From assembly GCA_031378405.1 (NCBI GenBank), contig JANNEH010000124.1, positions 186-64,185 on the forward strand: DNA of 64,000 bases, in the 5' to 3' direction. Source of the DNA: Synechococcales cyanobacterium OTE_75_metabat_409 (GTDB lineage Bacteria; Cyanobacteriota; Cyanobacteriia; Cyanobacteriales; Chamaesiphonaceae). Below are positions 10,876 through 20,227 of the stretch, one piece after another. The position numbers and the translations under genes are program-made. Below the pieces are notes generated by a model. It was not told the origin of the DNA. It did no database searches and saw only the letters and a list, made by a program, of their open reading frames with translations. Numbering within the stretch: position 1 is the first letter of the stretch; every line of letters starts with the position of its first letter.

Positions 10876-11271
10876 AGTGCCAGGAAATTAGGGTTCTGAC
10901 CCATTCTATCAGACAGATAAGACTGATCGACGTTGTAGGTTACACTTCAGCGATCTCTGGCAAACTTCAAGTGCTTTGAACTACATCAATCGCTCCGCGA
11001 CATTCAAGACAACCTGCCACGCAAGGGTCTGAGGTTGCGCCTACGGCGATCAACCTCAACCTTATAGACCCCAATTCACTCTTGAGCTGCATTGTAGAGA
11101 AAGGAATAAGGCAGGATTTTGGCCAATAGATTGATCGCCCCATCCCATCGATCGGCAATGAACTCTTGTTGTTGATGGAAACAAGCTGCCAGATGATGTT
11201 TCAATCGTAAAAGGAGATCATCTCCCCACAACATTTCCAGCAGTTAGTACCGACATGACTGGGCAACAACC

Positions 11272-11610
11272 ATGAATTTAAGCGAGCGTGAACTATTCCT
11301 TGACTCTCGGCATCTCTCTAAACATCTGCCAGATACACCCCAATCCCAAAGATTACTGAGGCGAGGGCAGTCTGTACATGTTTTTAATGATGAGGAAACG
11401 ATGTTGCGAGTTGCTCAGGCTATCATAGAAAGAGGAGAGTACTTAGGGGAAATCCGAAACTATGAACGATATGGCTTGCTGTTCTCGGAGCCAATCGGCT
11501 ATCGCATAGATCCTAGCGGGGCAAGAATACCACTTTTTTATGGTGAGGTTAAAATCGATGCAAACGACAAATACCACCCTATCCCCCGCACTCGACCGAG
11601 TGAAGGATAA
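11272..11610 (+). CDS. small stand-alone protein with the look of a polymorphic-toxin C-terminal nuclease domain (tentative)
   Basis: 112 aa. It has an HLSKH motif near the N-terminus and a ...DANDKYHPIPRTRP end. It overlaps a small acidic downstream ORF. Confidence 0.4.
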   Translation: MNLSERELFLDSRHLSKHLPDTPQSQRLLRRGQSVHVFNDEETMLRVAQAIIERGEYLGEIRNYERYGLLFSEPIGYRIDPSGARIPLFYGEVKIDANDKYHPIPRTRPSEG

Positions 11611-11827
11611 CTGGAGTTTTTTGGAGGCCTGGATTGACCCAATGCAGTCGCCCCCTTATATATTGCTGTTGATGGGGGATCAGGCTGGAACTTGCTCGAT
11701 CTTTGATCCATCTGAGGGTTATAAGTTGATTAAGGATTGTGGCAATTATGAGGAAGCCCAGCTTTGGTTGTTGGAAGATGAGTATGAGCCGATCGAAGGG
11801 CGATTGACAGGTGATGAAATTCGTTGA
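11558..11827 (+). CDS. small acidic protein, possible immunity partner
   Basis: The ATG at 11558 is preceded by GGTGAGG, 9 nt upstream. It overlaps the upstream ORF by 53 nt. 89 aa, Asp/Glu-rich (EDEYEPIEGRL). Confidence 0.4.
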   Translation: MQTTNTTLSPALDRVKDNWSFLEAWIDPMQSPPYILLLMGDQAGTCSIFDPSEGYKLIKDCGNYEEAQLWLLEDEYEPIEGRLTGDEIR

Positions 11828-11885
11828 ATTATCATGACTACCTAATACAAATACTCCAACGCGCTTGATGCATCAGGCTAACTTG

Positions 11886-12263
11886 TTATCTGGATAGCTT
11901 GAGCTTAACTACCAAGTTTTCCCAGCGAGTTTTGCCACAGGGTTCGGCACTTTCACAATCATTGACCTTCATCCGTTTATAAGTTAATTGCACCCGGCGG
12001 TCCAGAAATTTTTCTGGTTGTTCGCACAGCTCAAAAGTGGCTCCTAGAGTACGTTTCTTCCCTTGTAGATCCCGCAGTTCGATGTAACACATCAAGTCGC
12101 CATTGGTCATGGTCAAGACAGTGCCACTTTTGGGTAGAGTGCTGGCATTGCTGGGCAAGGAAGTCAGGCTGAGAGACAGGATAGTAAGTGAGCTGCCGAT
12201 CGCCATAGGCGCAAGCGACCTGTACTGAGCAGAGTCGAAGTAAGCTATCGATTTTGCGAACAT
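11886..12263 (-). CDS. small secreted hypothetical protein
   Basis: The ATG at 12263 is preceded by GGGAGA. The N-terminus is signal-like (MAIGSSLTILSLSLTSLPSNAS). There are four Cys in the mature part. Confidence 0.5.
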   Translation of the reverse strand: MFAKSIAYFDSAQYRSLAPMAIGSSLTILSLSLTSLPSNASTLPKSGTVLTMTNGDLMCYIELRDLQGKKRTLGATFELCEQPEKFLDRRVQLTYKRMKVNDCESAEPCGKTRWENLVVKLKLSR

Positions 12264-12344
12264 GATATTTTTTTCTCCCAAAGCCTGTTTAGATTTTAGC
12301 GGTTAATATTAATAATGGACTGTGGAATGCTACTTGGCTGTTCC

Positions 12345-12370
12345 CCAAAAAAAAGCCCACATAGTGGGCG
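12345..12370 (-). terminator. rho-independent terminator after the 12391..13035 gene
   Basis: The minus strand reads CGCCCAC-TAT-GTGGGC followed by TTTTTTTT. Confidence 0.65.
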
Positions 12371-12390
12371 ATGAATCATGAACTTTGAAT

Positions 12391-13035
12391 TTACTTCGAC
12401 ATCATTTGAAAATCACTAAACTCAAACTTAGTAACAGGTGGCTGACCCACCTCATCAGATTCCAAAATGCGCTCACTCATCAAAAAGTAATCACCAGATT
12501 TGGTGTAGTTATCGGTAAACAGCGTTTTACCGCCTTTAGCTTCACCAGTCTTGGGATCAGCATAGATCGAATCGTAGCGATGGGACAAATAGCCCGCGCC
12601 AGTATCATGGCTGCTGCTGGTATAGATCGTAACCACTACGCCATGGATTTGGCGATGTACCATCACCACTTCATTGTTGCGCAGATGGTATTTGTCACCA
12701 CTAGACTTGCCACCAATTAGGATTTCGATTGCCCCATCAGCCAAAGTCTCGCCATACTCAAAAGTATTTTTGCCATGAGTTTCCTCAAAAGTGCGACGAA
12801 TCCGGTGGATTGCTACTTCTCGCAATTGATTCTTGATCGAATTAGCAGCATCAGTGTTATCGATACCAGATACAGTGGCGCTCAGATCGGCATTGACCTG
12901 CACTTGGCCATGAAATACTTCGTCACCTTGGGTGAGAGTAACAGTCGCCGTATAACCAGGAAAGCTTTTATCCCAGGTGTAACGGTTCTCATAGGCGGCC
13001 CTAAATAAATCGGTGGCGGATACTTGGGTAATCAC
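12391..13035 (-). CDS. conserved cyanobacterial/plastid-lineage hypothetical protein (possibly DUF3386)
   Basis: A clean 214-aa ORF with its own terminator. The family name is from memory only. Confidence 0.6.
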   Translation of the reverse strand: MITQVSATDLFRAAYENRYTWDKSFPGYTATVTLTQGDEVFHGQVQVNADLSATVSGIDNTDAANSIKNQLREVAIHRIRRTFEETHGKNTFEYGETLADGAIEILIGGKSSGDKYHLRNNEVVMVHRQIHGVVVTIYTSSSHDTGAGYLSHRYDSIYADPKTGEAKGGKTLFTDNYTKSGDYFLMSERILESDEVGQPPVTKFEFSDFQMMSK

Positions 13036-13066
13036 AGGTTAGTCCTCATGCATAAATCACCCCTCA

Positions 13067-13885
13067 TTATAATGACTTTTTCTCTAGCTCTCCATTGGTT
13101 TGAGCAATAGATAGGGGCAAACTCACTGGTTGCTTGGTGACCGACTCGGCAATCTGCTTAGCCATGTTCACAAAATCTGACGGGATCATCACCAAGGTGG
13201 TGGTATTGTTTTCCGCACCAATTTCGGTCAACATCTGCATCCGCCGCAGTTCTAAAGCCACCGGGTTAGCAGCGATCAACTGGGCAGCTTCCGTAAGTTT
13301 CTGAGAAGATTCTTGCTCAGCCGCAGCTTTGATAATCCGGGCGCGTTTTTCCCGCAGGGCTTCGGCTTCTTTGGCCATGGCTCGCTGCATCGAGGGCGGA
13401 ATTTCCACATCTTTCATTTCTACCCGCTCGATCTCAATGCCCCAAGGCTCAGTGACTTCATCGACAATTTCTTGGACTTTGACATTAATTTTGTCGCGGT
13501 TTTGCAATACGTCATCCAAATTATTTTGCCCAACCACATTGCGCAATGTGGTCAAAGCAATCTGATACACGGCCTGTTGATAGTTTTCTACCCGTGTAAT
13601 CGCTTTAGTTGGATCAATAATGCGGTAGTACAACACCGCATTCACTTTAATGGTCACACTGTCGGCAGTAATTGTTTCTTGGGGTTCAATATTGGTGGTT
13701 TTGGTGCGGTTATCTATCTGGACTCTTTGGTCGATAACCGGTGCGATCCAGTAAATCCCCGGCCCTTTAACCGCGTGAGTACGTCCTAGCCTAAAAATAA
13801 CACCGCGTTCGTATTCTCGATCGACCTTCAGTCCAGAAGCCGCAAAAATAGCCAAGGCTGCAAAGGGGGCAAGAAAGAATTCCAT
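13067..13885 (-). CDS. SPFH/band-7 (stomatin-like) membrane protein
   Basis: N-terminal TM helix, then VDREYERGVIFRLGR...GPGIYWIAPVID...TKDNV-type SPFH core and an Ala/Glu-rich coiled coil. The start is trimmed to the ATG at 13885. Confidence 0.85.
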   Translation of the reverse strand: MEFFLAPFAALAIFAASGLKVDREYERGVIFRLGRTHAVKGPGIYWIAPVIDQRVQIDNRTKTTNIEPQETITADSVTIKVNAVLYYRIIDPTKAITRVENYQQAVYQIALTTLRNVVGQNNLDDVLQNRDKINVKVQEIVDEVTEPWGIEIERVEMKDVEIPPSMQRAMAKEAEALREKRARIIKAAAEQESSQKLTEAAQLIAANPVALELRRMQMLTEIGAENNTTTLVMIPSDFVNMAKQIAESVTKQPVSLPLSIAQTNGELEKKSL

Positions 13886-14114
13886 AATAGGTTCTGAGAG
13901 ATATACTCTGAAGTACTTATACCTTAAGATCCTAGCGAACCTCACGAAAACTAATGGGATTAAGGTAAGAATTTTAATAATTCTCAAGTTTTTGTTGATT
14001 ATCCAGTGGCCTGATCGGCACACCAAAACTGATTTTTACCAGCATTAAGCCCAGCTTTTACAGCAATCCAGCGGCTAACTTGCGGTAAAATAGCTGGGCA
14101 CTTCACACCGAGGA

Positions 14115-14471
14115 ATGGTTATGTCCCTAGTACCCCCCCAAGAACCCAGCGACAAAATGCTAGAGGCAATGCGGAACTTCTCCGAAACCTATGCCAAAAA
14201 CACCGGCACTTATTTTTGTGCCGATCTCAGTGTCACTGCCGTGGTTATTAAAGGCTTAGCTCGCAATAAAGAAGACCTCGGTGCGCCCCTTTGCCCTTGC
14301 CGTCACTACGAAGACAAAGAGGCCGAAGTCAAAGCTGCCTACTGGAACTGTCCTTGTGTACCAATGCGGGAACGGAAAGAATGCCACTGTATGTTGTTCC
14401 TCACCACCGAACAAGATTTTGTGGGCGACCAACAAGAAATCTCGATCGAAGAAATTAAGGCCGCCGTCTAA
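14115..14471 (+). CDS. ftrC: ferredoxin-thioredoxin reductase catalytic subunit
   Basis: Motif CPCRHY...WNCPCVPMRERKECHCMLF, the FTR 4Fe-4S / redox-disulfide cysteine pattern. Confidence 0.9.
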   Translation: MVMSLVPPQEPSDKMLEAMRNFSETYAKNTGTYFCADLSVTAVVIKGLARNKEDLGAPLCPCRHYEDKEAEVKAAYWNCPCVPMRERKECHCMLFLTTEQDFVGDQQEISIEEIKAAV

Positions 14472-14906
14472 ATGTCGGATTTATTGTCTGATGTATTACC
14501 CCAGAGCGAGTTGGGCAAAGCGATCGCCCAGTTTAACAGCCAGGAATTCTATGCCTGTCACGATACTCTGGAAGCTCTCTGGGTGGCAGCGGCTGTACCC
14601 GAAAAGAAGTTCTACCAAGGCATACTGCAAATTGCCGTGGCCTGTCATCACCTGGGCAACGCCAACTGGCGGGGAGCCACCATCATGCTCGGGGAAGGTC
14701 GCTTCCGCCTCCGAGATTATGAGCCAACTTATCGCCCCGATGATCAACCTGAAGAAATAGATATCCAGCACATCCGCACCGCCACTGCTGAGCTATTGGC
14801 TGATCTGCAAGCCATTCCACCCGAGGAAGTTGAGCAGTTTTTGCTAGAATTCACCAACGGCCAGCGTTTTTACCCCGTCATCAAATTCATCCTGCCGAGC
14901 AACTAG
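14472..14906 (+). CDS. DUF309 domain protein
   Basis: FNSQEFYACHDTLEALW...FYQGILQIAVACHH motif. The start codon directly abuts the ftrC stop. Confidence 0.7.
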   Translation: MSDLLSDVLPQSELGKAIAQFNSQEFYACHDTLEALWVAAAVPEKKFYQGILQIAVACHHLGNANWRGATIMLGEGRFRLRDYEPTYRPDDQPEEIDIQHIRTATAELLADLQAIPPEEVEQFLLEFTNGQRFYPVIKFILPSN

Positions 14907-14908
14907 AC

Positions 14909-16303
14909 ATGACTCCTAAACTTACTCCCAATCCTTCTTTTAGCATCACCATGCGCCTAGAAACCCCCAACCGGGCGGGAATGCTGGCCAGCATTGCCCA
15001 AGCGATCGCCTCGGTGGGCGGTAATATTAGTGCGATCGATATTACCGAGCAAACCCGCGCTACTTCGATGATTGAAGTGACGGTAGATGCCAGCAGCACC
15101 GAGCATGGCGATCAGATTAGCGCCGCGATCAAAAGCATTGCTGAAGTCAAAGTGTTGAGCCTGTACGATCGCACCATGCAGTTGCACCGGGGTGGCAAAA
15201 TTCGGATCGAGAGCAAGATTTCTCTCGATCGCCAGTCTGATTTGGCGATGGCCTATACGCCTGGTGTGGGTCGAGTCTGTCAGGCGATCGCTGCTGATCC
15301 GGCGCAGGTTTATAACTTGACGGTCAAAGGCAACATGGTGGCGATCGTTACCGATGGCAGTGCGGTATTGGGCTTGGGAAATTTAGGAGCCGAGGCTTCG
15401 CTGCCGGTGATGGAAGGCAAAGCCATGCTGTTTAAGGAGTTTGCGGGCATCGATGCTTTTCCGATTTGCCTGACTACTCAAGATACCGACGAGATTGTCA
15501 ATATTGTGGTTAACCTTGCCCCGGTATTCGGCGGCATTAACCTGGAAGACATTGCTGCGCCGCGCTGCTTTGAGATTGAAAAGCGGCTAAAAGCAGCCTT
15601 AGATATTCCGGTATTTCACGACGATCAACACGGCACCGCGATCGTTACCTTAGCTGCTTTGCTTAATGCCCTCAAGGTGGCCGAAAAACAAATTGCTACT
15701 GTCAAGATTGTCTTTAATGGTGCTGGTGCGGCGGGTATTGCTGTTGCTAATTTGTTGAAATTGGCTGGAGCACAGCATATTTGCCTGTGTGATTCCAAGG
15801 GCATTATTGCTAAAGACCGGACAGACTTGACCCCCGAGAAGCAAGCTTTGGCGGTGGCCAAAGGCGGTAGCCTTGCTGATGCGATGGTGGGTGCCGATGT
15901 GTTTATTGGACTCAGTGCTCCGGGTGTGGTCACACCAGAGATGGTGCAAGCTATGGCTGCCAAGCCGATCGTTTTTGCGATGGCCAATCCGATTCCGGAG
16001 ATTCAGCCAGAACTCATTGCCGATATCGTAGCGGTAATGGCCACCGGACGTAGTGACTATCCTAACCAGATCAATAATGTACTAGCTTTTCCCGGTCTGT
16101 TTCGGGGGGCATTGGATTGTCGGGCAAAGCAGCTCACTTCTAATATGTATCTAGAAGCGGCTAAGGCGATCGCCTCTTTGGTGAATCCTACGGATTTGAA
16201 CCGCGATTACATTGTGCCATCGGTCTTTGATCCTCGGGTATCAACGGCGGTGACAGCAGCAGTCCAAAAAGCTGCCAGAGAAGACGGGGTCGCTCGTTAT
16301 TAA
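14909..16303 (+). CDS. NAD(P)-dependent malic enzyme with N-terminal ACT domain
   Basis: ACT-like N-terminus, then YTPGV, VTDGSAVLGLGNLG, FGGINLEDI and GAGAAG motifs. Confidence 0.9.
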   Translation: MTPKLTPNPSFSITMRLETPNRAGMLASIAQAIASVGGNISAIDITEQTRATSMIEVTVDASSTEHGDQISAAIKSIAEVKVLSLYDRTMQLHRGGKIRIESKISLDRQSDLAMAYTPGVGRVCQAIAADPAQVYNLTVKGNMVAIVTDGSAVLGLGNLGAEASLPVMEGKAMLFKEFAGIDAFPICLTTQDTDEIVNIVVNLAPVFGGINLEDIAAPRCFEIEKRLKAALDIPVFHDDQHGTAIVTLAALLNALKVAEKQIATVKIVFNGAGAAGIAVANLLKLAGAQHICLCDSKGIIAKDRTDLTPEKQALAVAKGGSLADAMVGADVFIGLSAPGVVTPEMVQAMAAKPIVFAMANPIPEIQPELIADIVAVMATGRSDYPNQINNVLAFPGLFRGALDCRAKQLTSNMYLEAAKAIASLVNPTDLNRDYIVPSVFDPRVSTAVTAAVQKAAREDGVARY

Positions 16304-16307
16304 TTCT

Positions 16308-17066
16308 TTAGTAAATACTTGCTGAATTAAGGCGTACTCTACCAGCAGCAAAAGATTGTAGTTGTTGATTGGCTAAGCGAATCTGTAAGTGTCCCAAGCT
16401 ATTAAGACCAGCTCCAGTGCCCTCAATGGTTTGGTTTGGTAATTCTAAGATGATCGATCGATCTCGCAGTCCATCGCGTCTTTGTAGCTCCGGCAACAGT
16501 CGGTCAAGGCCGCTGTACTGAAAAAGTCCAGCGGTTTCCAATAGGTAATGGCGAAGTCTTTCCAACAAGGTCAGATCATCAATGGCAATTGGGTGAATTT
16601 GATGCAGGCTGACGGGATTCCCGGTGATTTCATTGTTCAATTTAGCAGCAGCAAAATCTACTCGCAAGTTACAGCCAATACCAATAATTACTCGGTTTTT
16701 GGTGACTTCGCAGAGGATGCCTGCTAGTTTTCGTTGATCGTACCAAATATCGTTAGGCCACTTGAGTTGCAGGCAATTTTGACAAGAAACTGCTAGGTCT
16801 TCGATCGCGTAAATTACCGCCAAACCTACAGCGAGGCTCAGACCGCTTTGTTGGGTGGGGTTTAGACCATCCAAAATAAAACTGGCGGTTAACACTCCTG
16901 GTGGAGAGTACCACACTCGATCGAATTGTCCCCGGCCAGCGGTTTGCCGGGGGGTAAAAACCACATCACCATGCTGGAGTTCAAAGGAATGTTCGATCGA
17001 CCAACTATTGGTGCTGGGGGTTTCATCTAGCCAATGTAACCAAGGGGGAATTAATTTTGGGGACAT
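16308..17066 (-). CDS. birA: biotin--[acetyl-CoA-carboxylase] ligase
   Basis: ETPSTNSW...QTAGRGQFDRVW...KWPNDI motifs. The start is trimmed to the ATG at 17066. Confidence 0.85.
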   Translation of the reverse strand: MSPKLIPPWLHWLDETPSTNSWSIEHSFELQHGDVVFTPRQTAGRGQFDRVWYSPPGVLTASFILDGLNPTQQSGLSLAVGLAVIYAIEDLAVSCQNCLQLKWPNDIWYDQRKLAGILCEVTKNRVIIGIGCNLRVDFAAAKLNNEITGNPVSLHQIHPIAIDDLTLLERLRHYLLETAGLFQYSGLDRLLPELQRRDGLRDRSIILELPNQTIEGTGAGLNSLGHLQIRLANQQLQSFAAGRVRLNSASIY

Positions 17067-17152
17067 GATAAAACAAGGCCACGCACTACGTGGCCTAATC
17101 TTTGCCAAATATTAAATATAAATAATTGAAACTTAGTTTTTACCGCAAACAA

Positions 17153-17842
17153 CTAGGCGGCAACCAACTCAGGACGACGGCTGTTCCGGATGCCATCGAT
17201 CGCCGTTGCATAGTCGGGAGTATTAAATACCGCCGAACCAGCCACAATTGCATTAGCACCAGCTTCTAGCACCTGCCAAGTATTGTTACCCTTCAGGCCA
17301 CCATCTACCTCAATCCAAGGATCTAGATCGCGTTCGTTGCACATTTGACGCAGCTTAGCAATTTTGGGCACTACACCTGGAATAAAGCTCTGACCACCAA
17401 AACCAGGGTTCACACTCATGATTAAAACCAGATCACAGAGGTCTAAGACATATTCGATCGTATCCAAAGAAGTCCCCGGATTTAATACCACCCCAGCCAT
17501 CTTACCCAAATCTTTAATCATGCCCAAAGTGCGGTGCAGGTGGGTAGTAGAACTGGTTTCGGCATGTACCGAAATAATATCAGCACCCGCCTTGGCAAAA
17601 TCTGCCACATAGCGCTCTGGCTCCACGATCATTAAATGCACATCCAAAGGCTTCTTAGTATGAGGACGTACAGCTTCCACAATTAATGGCCCGATCGTGA
17701 TGTTTGGTACGAACCGACCATCCATAACATCTACGTGAATCCAGTCGGCACCGGCTTGGTCTACTGCTTGAATTTCAGCACCCAGTTTGCCAAAGTCGGC
17801 AGACAAGATGGAGGGGGATATTACCGTTTTTTTTGCTGTCAT
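17153..17842 (-). CDS. rpe: ribulose-phosphate 3-epimerase
   Basis: [10 protein letters not shown]...[12 protein letters not shown]...VNPGFGGQ...VDGG motifs. Confidence 0.95.
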   Translation of the reverse strand: MTAKKTVISPSILSADFGKLGAEIQAVDQAGADWIHVDVMDGRFVPNITIGPLIVEAVRPHTKKPLDVHLMIVEPERYVADFAKAGADIISVHAETSSTTHLHRTLGMIKDLGKMAGVVLNPGTSLDTIEYVLDLCDLVLIMSVNPGFGGQSFIPGVVPKIAKLRQMCNERDLDPWIEVDGGLKGNNTWQVLEAGANAIVAGSAVFNTPDYATAIDGIRNSRRPELVAA

Positions 17843-17951
17843 GGGAGATATTTACAAGGTTGGTGGAGTCCGCGCCACAGCGCTGTAGCGATTTTATCAA
17901 AAATCTTCACCAAAATTGTGATACCTAGTAACTTTGCCCAAAATTGCTGCC

Positions 17952-18449
17952 TCAGATCCAACATTTTGGCGGCACTAGCCACAGTAGCTCACATTTGCCA
18001 ATAATTTCTGCGGTATCTGGGGCTTGCAGAGCAATCACACCGGCTTTTTTTAAGTGAATGCGATCGAACACCTGACCAAACACCAAAGTCTCGGCCCATT
18101 GACTCAAATTTGGCTCATGACCTACCAATACCAATCTTTTTAGTGTGGGATGGGCTGATTGATAAGATTGCAACCATTGCAACCAATTATCCAACAAACC
18201 TTCCGGTGCTAGAGGTGGATGAATTTCCAGTATTTTACTTAATCCAGATTCCAACAGAATCTGTGCCGTCTGACGGGCACGCACCAAAGGACTAGCTAAT
18301 ACCAGATCGAATTTCCAACCTTTTTCCTGCATACTGATGGCAACCCGGCCAGTTTTAGCAATGCCTTTGGTGGTTAGCTCTCGATCGGCATCTACTTCAC
18401 CAGGCTGTAGATCTTCAGCAATACCATGGCGCATCAAAAAAATCTCCAT
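17952..18449 (-). CDS. sixA: phosphohistidine phosphatase SixA
   Basis: FLMRHGIAE (RHG motif) and VGHEP motifs; 165 aa. Confidence 0.8.
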   Translation of the reverse strand: MEIFLMRHGIAEDLQPGEVDADRELTTKGIAKTGRVAISMQEKGWKFDLVLASPLVRARQTAQILLESGLSKILEIHPPLAPEGLLDNWLQWLQSYQSAHPTLKRLVLVGHEPNLSQWAETLVFGQVFDRIHLKKAGVIALQAPDTAEIIGKCELLWLVPPKCWI

Positions 18450-18593
18450 GTCTTATCCCTCTCAGTAATTCCAAATTCAAAAACGCCAACCCAGCATCAA
18501 CCTGGCTTATGACCAGAATACACCGGATTTGCCATAGCTTAAAATACCCCATCACACAGGCTAATGAGGTATGCCGCTGCCTGAGATAAACTC

Positions 18594-19877
18594 CTACAGA
18601 TTATCCGAAGGATTCACTAATCGCAGCAGCTTTTGCTTGATTTGGTTATCAAAGACTTCCCACTTCATTTTGGCGAAGTCAGAATTTTCGTTAGAACCAC
18701 CCAAAAAGCCCACCGGAATCTCGAAGCCGCCCGCAGTAAACCGACCACCACCAAAGAAACGACCCTCGATATTTTTACCAAAAGCCTCTTTGATAAACTC
18801 ATCGGGGTCGAGCGTAAGCTTAGAAGTACGCAGTGAACCAATCACTACCTCAACTTCCTCGTCTTCATCATGCACAATGCCATAAACCACCGCAGTGTGG
18901 ACGTTTTCTTCAGTCACCAAGAAATCGGCGGCCTGGGGGATTGCATCTCGATCGTCGTAGCGTAAATAGCCCACCCCCGCAATCAAAAAGTTGTTTTGCA
19001 CCACTCGGTTAGTCAAAGAGCGCTGAATTACATCCATCACTCGCTTCGATCGATGAACTTGCAGCACCGCATTTAGCAACTGCGCATCATAGAAGCGGCT
19101 GAGATAGCCCGCTGCCACAAAGTCTTCTTCTTGAGCCTGCATTAACCGGTTAGTATCCGATCGCAAACCATGCATCAGAGCAGTGGCACACTTCACATGA
19201 TCGCTCATATTGCTATCGAGCTTCAGCAGCCCACCCTGCAAATATTGCGTCAAAATCGTAGCTGTGGCTCTAGTCGAAGGGCGAATATCGACAAACTCCG
19301 CAGACAGCTCTTCTTGCTGGCTGTGGTGATCGATAATCACCGTAATAGGAATGCCAGCCTCTAACACTTGTTCAAGAAGCTGGCAGGTAGTGCCTTGATT
19401 GTCTATCAGCACACAGCCTTGGTAGACCGAGAGATCTTTTTCTTTGATGATATTGGCTGGCCAGCGCTTAGCAGGCAAGCCAGTCAGCTTCACCAAAGCT
19501 ATATTTTCTTGATGGCTAAGTGTCCCTGCATAGACCATTTCGCATTGAATACCATACTGCTTGGCAATTAATTGATAGGCCCAAGCTCCAGATAAAGCAT
19601 CGGGGTCAGGAAAATCTTGGAGCAGAACCAACTGGCGCTCACCGCGATGCCGCTCTAGGCAAGAGCGGAACTTGGTAATAGTGTCATTAATGTCTGTAAA
19701 AAACGAATGATCTTCCTCAGAGCGACTAATTGTAGCAACCGGAGCATCTCCGATCACATCGAGGGAGAATCCTTGGGAAGGCATGTCAATCAAGCTGCCA
19801 GAGGGGAGACTACCCGCTGGAAGAGGATCTGCCACAGCAGAAGCACCGGTAGAGGAATGGGCTGGTTTTACTGGCAT
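18594..19877 (-). CDS. DHH/DHHA1 family phosphoesterase (NrnA-like)
   Basis: DPDALSG, VIIDHH and C-terminal GGGRFTAGG motifs. Confidence 0.75.
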   Translation of the reverse strand: MPVKPAHSSTGASAVADPLPAGSLPSGSLIDMPSQGFSLDVIGDAPVATISRSEEDHSFFTDINDTITKFRSCLERHRGERQLVLLQDFPDPDALSGAWAYQLIAKQYGIQCEMVYAGTLSHQENIALVKLTGLPAKRWPANIIKEKDLSVYQGCVLIDNQGTTCQLLEQVLEAGIPITVIIDHHSQQEELSAEFVDIRPSTRATATILTQYLQGGLLKLDSNMSDHVKCATALMHGLRSDTNRLMQAQEEDFVAAGYLSRFYDAQLLNAVLQVHRSKRVMDVIQRSLTNRVVQNNFLIAGVGYLRYDDRDAIPQAADFLVTEENVHTAVVYGIVHDEDEEVEVVIGSLRTSKLTLDPDEFIKEAFGKNIEGRFFGGGRFTAGGFEIPVGFLGGSNENSDFAKMKWEVFDNQIKQKLLRLVNPSDNL

Positions 19878-20227
19878 TTTATCCGAGGTATTTTTTTACA
19901 GATATATGGAGCGGTTAATACGAAAACTTACGAAAATATGATCAATGCCAATCCTCACGGGAAATCATCTTAGCAATTTTTTTTACAGATTGCCATATAC
20001 CTCAGGCCTCTGGATACATATGTTTTGAGCAGTGAAAAATCTCGTCAATTCAGCCGCTCGTTAGATCTATGCTACCCAAAGAAAATGCTAGCGACAACCC
20101 CTGACAAATCGTAAAAACTTATCAGATGCTTCGGGAAGTTACATCGGTAGTAGAAATACTGATCGAAGCGTTGGGTATTCTAAGGTTTAAAAGCCTTCTT
20201 CATTATTTTACAGAGGTCTAGCCCACA

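Noticed and set aside
10967-11158. 63-aa minus-strand ORF, plus a neighbouring 52-codon frame (MLWGDDLLLRLKHHLAACFHQQQEFIADRWDGAINLLAKILPYSFLYNAAQE*).
   Set aside because: These are short, frame-broken pieces without recognisable family or ribosome-binding sites. They are probably debris of a decayed gene and are not supportable as a feature.
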